Position numbers and translations under genes: made by a program
Source: a virus
Length of the DNA stretch: 64,000 nucleotides
Strand: one strand, 5' to 3'
IMG/VR virus record: IMGVR_UViG_3300037486_000467
Location: 19,641-83,640 of that record
Part shown: positions 49,312-58,372 of the stretch, in pieces
Numbering within the stretch: the first letter of the stretch is position 1
Layout of the letters: each line of letters opens with the position of its first letter
The notes under the pieces: generated by a model
The model's input: only the letters and a program-made list of their open reading frames with translations
Databases searched by the model: none
What the model was told of the DNA's origin: nothing

Positions 49312-50988
49312 TTATCTTTGACGAGTTATATATGGGATACGCATCTTAACATCTGCCTGATCTGCCAAAATAATTTTATCGCCGTCTTTTGTAAAGTAAG
49401 ATAACAACTCATTTGATTGGCGTTCTTCTTCTATTGTGCAATTATATATTCGTAAATTAGTCAAATAAGATAGAGATTTATTAACTGTAAAGTTAGTAAT
49501 AGATGTTTCTTCTGGAACAAACGGAATAGTTTCATAAAAATATATTTGTAATTTTGCATTTTCATCAGTTTCGTGTTTTTTCCAAACATATACATTATAT
49601 TGTTTCCATAAATTACCTATATTAATTATTATACCATACCATTCATCATTTAGCATTCTATCATCTAATACTGCAATATATTCTTGTGCTCCGTAATTTA
49701 TTTTTATATATTGATTTGCATATATATTTGCTGTAAAAGTATGCGAGCCAAATGAGTTGGTTCCATCAATTATATTAATAGGATCTTTTATTTTTACTTT
49801 ATATCCTGTTTGATTTGCCCAATCAGATTTTATTGAATTTAAGTGTTCAATTACTGCATCATCTATTTTACAGTAATACGTTCTAGCAGCTATATCTACA
49901 TATATAATTGTTGCATAAAAGTTAATAGCGCCTTCTCTATAAATAACAAGTGTATCATCTTTTTCATATCTCATAGGAGAATTGAATATTATATCATAAT
50001 TTGCTGAAACTAATGTAGATGGATCAACATATGGATATGTTCTAAGTCTAATTGATCCAATTTGATATTCTCTATGAGCATCATCTATAATATCTTTTGG
50101 CATAGTCCATGCAATTAAGCTTCTATCTGTGTGATTACCTATAAGATCTACAGCATTATATGTAATTGCATCAAATGAATTGGAAGTTTGCATATCAAAA
50201 AATGATTGAGCAACAGTAGTTCCATACATATTTACAGCAGTAGAAATTATATTTAGAGATGCATCAAATGATTTATATTTATCTTTTGAAGTTGAATTAA
50301 ATTGATTCATTTGAGTATCATCTACTAATTTCTTAACATCATTGTCTATTGCTTCTCCAAATATTTCTTCAACACTTACAGTATACTGATCAATTGTAGA
50401 TTGAAGATCGGCAGATTCTCTTCTTGAAGCTTGGAATTGATATTTTTTAAGATTTAATTTCCACGCAGTTTCTTGTTCCATAAATCCTCTAAATAAATAT
50501 GCAGATTCAACTTCATATAATTTATTAGGAAGAGGAAAATAAATTATATCTTTTTTCTGAGGAGCGGTGCCAAATCCAGCAATACATTCCCAATATTTTT
50601 TATCAATCTGAACTTCTAATGGAACTTCATATTCAAGACCCATTAAATCATAATTATATTTGCTATCCGGAATTTGTCCATTAGGAACTACTACCTTTAT
50701 TGCTAAAGGGCATTCTTCAACATTAGATAATGTATATTCTTGAAATATAACATCTTTTGATCTTTGTTGAGGAACAGCTCTAAACCATTTAACTTCATAT
50801 CCTATTAATTGATTAACTACAGAATTAAGAGCGTTGTAATCTTTAGCAGCTGTAGTTAATTTATTCGCAAGATCATATGCACTAGCTGCATTACAAGCTG
50901 CTTGATTGGGATCGCCCACAAGATTGCTTATTCCAGTTTCTGGATAAGCTGCACTTAATGTTTTATTACTATCTGCGTTATCAATCAT
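49312..50988 (-). CDS. Virion neck/head-closure-like protein with C-terminal extension
   Basis: D.IFQEY, P.KKD.IY.P..NKLYEV and W...L.KY resemble gp14-like neck proteins. Confidence 0.5.
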   Translation of the reverse strand: MIDNADSNKTLSAAYPETGISNLVGDPNQAACNAASAYDLANKLTTAAKDYNALNSVVNQLIGYEVKWFRAVPQQRSKDVIFQEYTLSNVEECPLAIKVVVPNGQIPDSKYNYDLMGLEYEVPLEVQIDKKYWECIAGFGTAPQKKDIIYFPLPNKLYEVESAYLFRGFMEQETAWKLNLKKYQFQASRRESADLQSTIDQYTVSVEEIFGEAIDNDVKKLVDDTQMNQFNSTSKDKYKSFDASLNIISTAVNMYGTTVAQSFFDMQTSNSFDAITYNAVDLIGNHTDRSLIAWTMPKDIIDDAHREYQIGSIRLRTYPYVDPSTLVSANYDIIFNSPMRYEKDDTLVIYREGAINFYATIIYVDIAARTYYCKIDDAVIEHLNSIKSDWANQTGYKVKIKDPINIIDGTNSFGSHTFTANIYANQYIKINYGAQEYIAVLDDRMLNDEWYGIIINIGNLWKQYNVYVWKKHETDENAKLQIYFYETIPFVPEETSITNFTVNKSLSYLTNLRIYNCTIEEERQSNELLSYFTKDGDKIILADQADVKMRIPYITRQR

Positions 50989-51024
50989 ATAGTATTTTTA
51001 TTTATATATTTTAAATTTATTATT

Positions 51025-52977
51025 TTATAATTCTCCGCCAACAAAGTCATCTCCATTACCACCATTATAAGCAGCAATTCCAACACTACCATGAGCAAGA
51101 GCAGGATAGGTAGCAATAATAGTACTTGCGTCATATGTCCCTGTTCCGTTAAAAAGTTCAGTATCAAGCGACCCGTTTCGATATGCCCGCAATTCCGTGC
51201 CTACAATTTCAAGCCTTAAAATATCTCCAACATTTAAACCCGACACTGGCGCTCCATCAATTTCAATCCATTGCCCAACCGGATAAGTATAACCAACCTT
51301 ATGGCTCCCAAACCCTCCATAATACATAAAGTAATAGCCGTCTGTTACACTTGAACCAGAGCATCTAACCGCTACTCCTATATCGGAATTAACAGCAACC
51401 GCATCTATTCTTACCTGAGCATACTGATCATCACTAAATGTTTCAGACCTTCTTTCACAGTCCTCTTCCCCATCAGAGGTAAATCTATTGTCTCCTGATA
51501 CATCAGTAATAAGACATTCTCCGTTTATGCAAACCCAATTACCTTGCCCTCCAAGATTTCCTGTTGAATAACTCTCAAAGTCATCTGTAATAAGTTTCTT
51601 AGTATAAGTAAATGGGTATGTTCTGCCTACTCCATAATTATATAATTCTGAAACTTCATCTGCAGATAAAACTTTATTCCAAACAGCTATTTCATCTATC
51701 GTGCCATATCTAAAGGGTCCAAATCTAATTTCTTGACTTGTAAAATCAGATGCTGATAAAGGAGCAACATCTTTTGTATTGGCGCTTTTAACATTATTTA
51801 TATACATTTCTAATGATCCATCTCTATCAAACGTACTAACAAAATGACACCAAGTTCCTTCTCCCGAGCTAGGTGAAGTATTTTGATAAGAATAACTGGC
51901 CGGATTTGGCATCATTCTAGAATACCATGTACCGTTATCGCCAATTCTAAACATTTGAATGCTACCATGAATTCCTGTTGTAGTAAAAACAGTTTTTGAC
52001 ATTCCATCGATAGGAGGAATTTTGAGCCAGGCAGATACCGAAAATTTATTAGTAATATAAGGACACATAGCTTCAAGAGATGCATGATGAGAATCGCTGG
52101 CTGTAAACTTAACGCTCGTGCCAATTTTTCCGGTTTGTTCCCAAGTTGGATACTCTATATTAGCATTAAAACGACCAGTAGAATCAATAGCAGTACTTCC
52201 TGTACTTCCATCAAGTTTGTAATAAGCAAGCAAATTTGATAATAAATTTTGTCGATAACTCATAAATGGAAAAGTTTTACCAGTGCCATTATTGTAAAGT
52301 GTTGAAACTTCAGTAGCAGATAGTACTCGATCCCAGATTCCTATTTCGTCAACGTAATAATTAAAATACAGTGAAGCATCTACACCTAGCGTAAATATTC
52401 CTAATAAATTAGATGCAGCATCCGCAGTAAAAGCTTTGCTAGAACTTCTAGTTGAGCAATCTGTATTTCTATAAACTGTAAAATTATTAGTAGCCTTTAA
52501 AAAATCATGTACCACTGCTATAAATGTCCATTCATCGGGTATAATAGATAATCCAGACCAAGTGCTTGCAATTCCTACCCTTCCTACATATATCTTGTTC
52601 TCTAGGATAAGTGATCCGAAGCTACCTACTTCTCCGCCTATAAGACATCCAGCAGTTGCGCTGCTATCAGAAACTACATACACCCATCCGGCAATACTAA
52701 AACTTTTTCCTGCCATTTTTAATTCTTCAGCATTAGAAAACTGCACATATCCGCCATTAGTAAACAATAGTGATTTATTAATTTTTCCGTCTTGATTAAA
52801 AGTTACCGTAGAACCGTGAGAAACATCAGTAATATTATTAGCATAATCTCGTATGCTGCCATCTACTTCATCTAATTTCCAATACGCTACAAGTCCATTA
52901 TGCAAATTCGCGTTTGGAATATTAATCTGCTTTCCTGCAAAATGAACTTTTTGACCTTGATATACTAAATTTGACAT
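51025..52977 (-). CDS. LamG/concanavalin-A-like repeat virion protein (fibre/adhesin)
   Basis: Two LVAYWKLD...DEI.IW...LS..EV..LYN.G.G domains plus a C-terminal lectin-like domain. Confidence 0.8.
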   Translation of the reverse strand: MSNLVYQGQKVHFAGKQINIPNANLHNGLVAYWKLDEVDGSIRDYANNITDVSHGSTVTFNQDGKINKSLLFTNGGYVQFSNAEELKMAGKSFSIAGWVYVVSDSSATAGCLIGGEVGSFGSLILENKIYVGRVGIASTWSGLSIIPDEWTFIAVVHDFLKATNNFTVYRNTDCSTRSSSKAFTADAASNLLGIFTLGVDASLYFNYYVDEIGIWDRVLSATEVSTLYNNGTGKTFPFMSYRQNLLSNLLAYYKLDGSTGSTAIDSTGRFNANIEYPTWEQTGKIGTSVKFTASDSHHASLEAMCPYITNKFSVSAWLKIPPIDGMSKTVFTTTGIHGSIQMFRIGDNGTWYSRMMPNPASYSYQNTSPSSGEGTWCHFVSTFDRDGSLEMYINNVKSANTKDVAPLSASDFTSQEIRFGPFRYGTIDEIAVWNKVLSADEVSELYNYGVGRTYPFTYTKKLITDDFESYSTGNLGGQGNWVCINGECLITDVSGDNRFTSDGEEDCERRSETFSDDQYAQVRIDAVAVNSDIGVAVRCSGSSVTDGYYFMYYGGFGSHKVGYTYPVGQWIEIDGAPVSGLNVGDILRLEIVGTELRAYRNGSLDTELFNGTGTYDASTIIATYPALAHGSVGIAAYNGGNGDDFVGGEL

Positions 52978-53008
52978 AAATGCATATTATCTTTATTTAT
53001 TTATTTCA

Positions 53009-53034
53009 TAAAAAAAGAGGGCATTAACCCTCTT
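53009..53034 (-). terminator. Intrinsic terminator
   Basis: AAGAGGG-ttaatg-CCCTCTT with T tail on minus strand. Confidence 0.65.
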
Positions 53035-53290
53035 ACCATTTTTTCTCCTCGCAGCCATCCACGCTGATGCCATTTTCATCTAATTCTAGCAGCATTTTTG
53101 TCTTTACGTCTAGAAAGCACCCACATATTTCGCATATTCGTAATTTGTCATTAAAATACTCACAGCTTTCACAAATGTCTATTCTTCTCTTTGCTTCTGC
53201 CTTTCTTTCTTCTCTATACGGTTTGTACAGATAATACCATATCCACATAGTATAACCTGTTATTATTTGTTTAATTTGTTTTATACTCAT
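53033..53290 (-). CDS. Small Cys-rich metal-binding protein
   Basis: R..IC..C, C..CGC..K, C...KW motif. Confidence 0.7.
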   Translation of the reverse strand: MSIKQIKQIITGYTMWIWYYLYKPYREERKAEAKRRIDICESCEYFNDKLRICEICGCFLDVKTKMLLELDENGISVDGCEEKKW

Positions 53291-54528
53291 ATTCGATTTA
53301 ACATGTAATCATCTGCTTTCTTTGGCTTATCAGATATACATTTCATTTTATCTATAAGATATTTATCTACTAAATCTGGATGAACCCACCAATCTTCATA
53401 ACTGCTATATTTATCTGGAGCTATATTATTGACTACTAATTCATATCCCATAGATTTCAAATATTTTCTTGATTTATCTCGTATCTCACTATTTTCATCT
53501 GCAAAATGATCATGCTCAAATGTAATAACTGCAAATTTAATTGTTTCAAATGGTATTTTTAATAATACAGTGTATGTTATAAGAGCAGGATCACAATCTA
53601 ATTGTAAATAATCATATACTTTTTCTCCATATAAAAGTTTATTATAATCAAGTTTTGTTGCATCTATACATATTGTTTTACTTGTTCTTACAGCAGAAAA
53701 TTCATTTATTGCGTTTTGATCAATGTCTATTGAAATTCCTGTCCATTCAAAATTCTTTTCTAATAATGCTGTGTTATTTCCAAAATAAGGCCCAGCACAT
53801 CCAATTTCTAAGAATTTTCCTCCACGTTTTCCATTAAGCATAGTTAAAACAAACATATCCTGATAACATTGAGAATAGTTTTGTTCAATGTCTATAGATC
53901 CTGGAAATTTTATTTTTAAATGTTCATATAATGGAGCTGTATATGCTAACGGAGCTTTCCAATCTACCATACCACTAAGATTTATAATATTATTTTTTGT
54001 AGCAATTGCATACTTATATTCCATATTTGGATTTTTAATTAATTGCCTACATAAAGATATAGATTCATCCCAAAGTCCTAACCACCAAGCAGTCACTGCT
54101 CTTTCAAAAGTAAATCCATATTTTCCTGGATATTCTACATTAGTTATTAATTTTTCTGTAGGCTCATCTAATTTTTCACCTAATACAGCAATTGTATATC
54201 CTTCTTGCCAGTCTTTGCAATTTTCATACATTCGACTTAATAAGAAATAAGCTTCAGGGCGTTCAGGCATAAAAGACATAGCACGTAAGAGAAGGCCCTT
54301 TGTAGTAAAAGTTCGAGAACCTTGACGTTCAAAACATAATGCCAATCTTAATAAAGATTCATATGCCAATAAATCTTCATGATTGAATTCAGCAGTTCTC
54401 ATATAAAAGGTTGCAGCACCTGCTGTATGACCTTCATCTTCATAAACTTTTCCAAGTGTAAAATTATATAATGGATTCTTAGGATCTGCTATATAATTAT
54501 TTAAAGCTTTATTTAAATTCATATTCAT
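53287..54528 (-). CDS. TPR plus FkbM-like methyltransferase fusion
   Basis: TPR-like PERPEAYFLL; YSQ..QD, FLEIG, NNT.LLE..W.G.SID, YLQLD, ITFEHD, EDWW motifs. Confidence 0.8.
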   Translation of the reverse strand: MNMNLNKALNNYIADPKNPLYNFTLGKVYEDEGHTAGAATFYMRTAEFNHEDLLAYESLLRLALCFERQGSRTFTTKGLLLRAMSFMPERPEAYFLLSRMYENCKDWQEGYTIAVLGEKLDEPTEKLITNVEYPGKYGFTFERAVTAWWLGLWDESISLCRQLIKNPNMEYKYAIATKNNIINLSGMVDWKAPLAYTAPLYEHLKIKFPGSIDIEQNYSQCYQDMFVLTMLNGKRGGKFLEIGCAGPYFGNNTALLEKNFEWTGISIDIDQNAINEFSAVRTSKTICIDATKLDYNKLLYGEKVYDYLQLDCDPALITYTVLLKIPFETIKFAVITFEHDHFADENSEIRDKSRKYLKSMGYELVVNNIAPDKYSSYEDWWVHPDLVDKYLIDKMKCISDKPKKADDYMLNRI

Positions 54529-57500
54529 TTTTTATACATTTGTATTTTAGAAATCGGAAGTCCATTTTCACATAATACACATAATTTAAATGGAGTGTAT
54601 TGTTCAGGAAGAATATCATTATAGTCTTGTTCTAATAAATTTCCAAGAACATGATCTAATCCATAATCCATACAGCATAAAACTACATCACCATTAGGAA
54701 GTAAAACTTCATGATATAGCCCTTCATCACAATTACATGTAACTAGTTGATCTTCTCTATAAAATTTATGATATTGATCAGCTACTTTTGTTAATTCTGG
54801 CTTTAACTTTTCTTCATTTACTAAATTATCTGCTCTTGACCATAATGTAATGGTAGAAAAATCAATAAATATATGTTTAATTTTATCATGTACACTTCCC
54901 ATGCTTATAATTCGAAGACTTGAGAACTCATGTTCTATTTTTTTAATATATTCTAATAATTCAATATATTTTTTAGTAATCGGATGTTTTGAATATCCTT
55001 CATTATCAGGTATGTGTAAAACAAATCCTCCATTTAACATAGGACGACCGTCTAATCCAATAAAAGGTTCAGTTGGACCCATTGAAAATTTTATATGTTT
55101 TATTTTATTAACATCTTCAATGCTCATACCAATTCCTGTTGTAAAAATAGATATTTGATGGCCCTTTTCATTAGCATAAAGAACCATATTAGTACAATCT
55201 TTATTTAACCATGGTTCTGAAAATCCAGAAAAAATAATTGTTACTTCTTTAGGAATTTTATCTAACATTTTTTTAAAATTATCTAAAGACAGCATTCTTT
55301 CACCTTTGTACGCATTTATTAAAGTTTTTTGTGGGCAAAATGTACAATTGATACTACAACCTTTTTCCAAAATATTAGTGGTTATTTCAAATGTAGGCCA
55401 TGATACACTTTTCCATTTTTCCATTTTTTTAAATGGAATGGGAGTTTTATTATCTATGTATATAATTAGAGCAGTTGCCTCAAGATGACGTTTAACAAAA
55501 TCGTCTTCCCATAATAAAAATTTAACATCTTGTTCAATAAGACTTTGTACTTCAATTTTAGTAAAGTGTTTTAAATACGTATCTCTAAAGTGTATGAATT
55601 TCTTTTCATGAATTTCGTTAAAAAAGTGAAATTCAATAGCCATTTTTTTCACATTTTGAGTTATCCATTCAAAATTTTCATCATTAAATATATCATACTC
55701 TCCGCCTTCACAATCAACCTTTAAAAAATCTATTTTTTTAATATCATATTCTTTAATAAATGAATTAAATTTAATAGCTTTTGCTGTTTTGGGATTACCA
55801 GGAATATTTACATAGTTTTTTCCGTATAAACTATCAAAATGATATTCTTCAGAATCTTCATTTCCTATTCCTTTGTTTATAGTAGTTATATCTTTAAATA
55901 ATTTTGTGTTTTTAACTAATGTATCAAATAATTCTACGCTTGGCTCTAAACAATAAATATGTTTGGGTTCTTTTTTGAAAATAGAATAGCTAAATGGGCC
56001 TACACTTGCGCCTACATCTACAACAATATCATCTTTTTCTACTTCAAAGAATTTTTGATATGTATTTTTAATAAATGATTCAGATTTGAGACCTTCTAAA
56101 ACTGGTTCGTTTTCTTTTATAATTTCTCCCCATTCAAAATCATTTATAAGTTTTTCTTGCTGAACAACGTCATTGTATGATCTTTCAGAATCTGGAGCAT
56201 TTTCATTTAAACGCTTTTCTTCCTTTACTATTGGAGCATCAAATTTCTTAACTGCTAATTTTACTTTTGGTTCTTCAATTTCTTTGGGTTGATTATCTAT
56301 ATAGATCATTACTTCAGCATAATACTCAAGAAAATGATCATTCCATAGATCCCATTTAATATCTGTTCCATCCATGGAATTAATTTCATAATTAGTAAAT
56401 TCCTTTAAATAAGTATCTCTAAATTTTATAAATTTTTCTCGTAAATAACCATTACTTAAATGCCATTCTCCTGATATTTTTTTAACATTTGATTTTATCC
56501 ACAATAAATTTTCATCATTAAATATATCATATTCTCCACCTTCTGAATCTGTCTTCAAAAAATCTATCTGAGTAATATTATAAGATTCCACAAATGATTT
56601 AAATGTAATAGAATTGGCTTTTTCTATAGTACTCCACATTTCATTAGAATCTTTATTATATAATCCATTAAAATCATGAATTCCATTTTCGTTTGCAATA
56701 CCCTTGTTTATACATATAACTGTATTATTATATTTTGTATTTTTTATTAATGTGGGGAATAATTCTTTGCTTGGTTCAAAACAAAATATATGCTTTGGTC
56801 TTTTATTTAAAATAGAATAAGCGAAAGGACCTACGCTTGCGCCAACATCTACAACTACATCTCCTGCTTCTACTTTAAAATATTTTTGATAAATATTTCT
56901 TTCAAAAATTTCATCTATAAGTACATTTTTAAACCATGAATTTTTAGAAATCAATCCCCAATCTAATTCACGTCTTTTTAATCCCAATGTTTCTTCAATC
57001 ATATGTTCTGGTATTCTTAATAAATACGCAGAATTATCCTGAAAACCAAACGTAATTAATAAATCTCTTTTATATACGCATAATCCGCAAGAAAATTCAA
57101 TTTCTCCGTCCATAAAAGAAAATTGATCAGACAAAGCTACAATATTCCAATCTTTATCCCATACGATAAATCGATGTAAATATGTAGCATCTTTTTGCGA
57201 TATTTTATTATTAAATAGATTAACTTCATGCACAACACATATTCGATAATTTCTCCATGGAATTACTTGTGATCCACCTCTAAAATCTGGTACATTTTCA
57301 ATATGACTTTTGCCGATGACTACTGTTTGAGAAGTTTTTGTTGCTGTATTAACCTTTACAACTTCAGTAGGATTACACCATTTAATAAAATGCCATGGCA
57401 TATCTAATATTGGCATCCAATTTTTTTCACAATATGAAGTTTTATCTTTAGGTGGTTCAATTCTAGATCTTGCTATTTCTTTATATCTACTTTCTCCGGG

Positions 57501-57983
57501 CTGTAATTCGCCTTCTTTTATCATTATTTCAGATAATTCCATTCTTCCAACACCATTCGGAGTTGTATCTCTTCTTACGCCACATTGAAATAATTTTCCT
57601 TCCCATCTAAAAATACGAGCATCTTCAAGACCAACAAAATCCCATAAAGGAGGCTTATCAAAAGTTGATGTATCTGTCAAATAATATTCCTTAATTTCAA
57701 GCGATACTGGATCTAGTTCACACATAAAATTGTATGTTCTTAAATGCATATCATTTTCTGGATGTAAATATGCAAGAGGCCCAAATCTATTATTAAAAAT
57801 TTGATTGCCCTGTGCGTGATATAAAGTGTAATTTATATTTCTTAAATTAAGTAATATTTTTGTTTGATCAATAAGTATTGAAGGATTCATTAATCCAAGT
57901 CCATTAGAATCTTTAGGTGAAATCATTAACGGAACAAGAGTTCCACCTTCAGATAGAACTGTCTTACATAGATTTCTATTCAT
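54525..57983 (-). CDS. Multidomain protein: glycosidase-like beta-propeller, two FkbM methyltransferases and radical SAM/SPASM
   Basis: NPS, GLEDAR, EKNWMP, RGGS and IEF propeller motifs; two VVDVGASVG...K.D.EGGEY domains; CSINCTFC; FSGFSEP; CCMDY. Confidence 0.8.
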   Translation of the reverse strand: MNRNLCKTVLSEGGTLVPLMISPKDSNGLGLMNPSILIDQTKILLNLRNINYTLYHAQGNQIFNNRFGPLAYLHPENDMHLRTYNFMCELDPVSLEIKEYYLTDTSTFDKPPLWDFVGLEDARIFRWEGKLFQCGVRRDTTPNGVGRMELSEIMIKEGELQPGESRYKEIARSRIEPPKDKTSYCEKNWMPILDMPWHFIKWCNPTEVVKVNTATKTSQTVVIGKSHIENVPDFRGGSQVIPWRNYRICVVHEVNLFNNKISQKDATYLHRFIVWDKDWNIVALSDQFSFMDGEIEFSCGLCVYKRDLLITFGFQDNSAYLLRIPEHMIEETLGLKRRELDWGLISKNSWFKNVLIDEIFERNIYQKYFKVEAGDVVVDVGASVGPFAYSILNKRPKHIFCFEPSKELFPTLIKNTKYNNTVICINKGIANENGIHDFNGLYNKDSNEMWSTIEKANSITFKSFVESYNITQIDFLKTDSEGGEYDIFNDENLLWIKSNVKKISGEWHLSNGYLREKFIKFRDTYLKEFTNYEINSMDGTDIKWDLWNDHFLEYYAEVMIYIDNQPKEIEEPKVKLAVKKFDAPIVKEEKRLNENAPDSERSYNDVVQQEKLINDFEWGEIIKENEPVLEGLKSESFIKNTYQKFFEVEKDDIVVDVGASVGPFSYSIFKKEPKHIYCLEPSVELFDTLVKNTKLFKDITTINKGIGNEDSEEYHFDSLYGKNYVNIPGNPKTAKAIKFNSFIKEYDIKKIDFLKVDCEGGEYDIFNDENFEWITQNVKKMAIEFHFFNEIHEKKFIHFRDTYLKHFTKIEVQSLIEQDVKFLLWEDDFVKRHLEATALIIYIDNKTPIPFKKMEKWKSVSWPTFEITTNILEKGCSINCTFCPQKTLINAYKGERMLSLDNFKKMLDKIPKEVTIIFSGFSEPWLNKDCTNMVLYANEKGHQISIFTTGIGMSIEDVNKIKHIKFSMGPTEPFIGLDGRPMLNGGFVLHIPDNEGYSKHPITKKYIELLEYIKKIEHEFSSLRIISMGSVHDKIKHIFIDFSTITLWSRADNLVNEEKLKPELTKVADQYHKFYREDQLVTCNCDEGLYHEVLLPNGDVVLCCMDYGLDHVLGNLLEQDYNDILPEQYTPFKLCVLCENGLPISKIQMYKK

Positions 57984-58019
57984 TAATGTTATTTTTAAAT
58001 AAAGTTTAGAATTTATTTA

Positions 58020-58047
58020 TTATATAGAAAATTGATTATAGAGTTTT
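58020..58047 (-). promoter_or_regulatory. Putative promoter AAAACT-N16-ATATAA
   Basis: Exact motif and spacing upstream of the ORF starting at 57983. Confidence 0.6.
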
Positions 58048-58052
58048 GTCTA

Positions 58053-58361
58053 TTACCATTTTTTAAGTTTACAGACATAAATATAATCTCCTTCTGGAGA
58101 AATATTTCTAATTGCTTTTCCATCTTCATCCAAAGAATAAATAATCTTTGATTTATATTCAACATTACATCCGCAAAAATTACAGGCAAGATTAGGGCCT
58201 TTTTTAAATAAGTTAGAACAAGAATTACAAATATTCAATCTATACTCTGATATTTTTTCTATTTCTTGAGAATCAACGAGATCAGATGATCTTATCATTG
58301 TATTATGTTCTTTATCTAAAATAATTTTAGTAACTCGTGGTTTTAGTTGTATGTTATTCAT
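58053..58361 (-). CDS. Small Cys-rich protein, paralogue of 53033-53290
   Basis: RLNICNSC, CNFCGC..K, C.LKKW. Confidence 0.7.
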   Translation of the reverse strand: MNNIQLKPRVTKIILDKEHNTMIRSSDLVDSQEIEKISEYRLNICNSCSNLFKKGPNLACNFCGCNVEYKSKIIYSLDEDGKAIRNISPEGDYIYVCKLKKW

Positions 58362-58372
58362 CTTTTATAATA

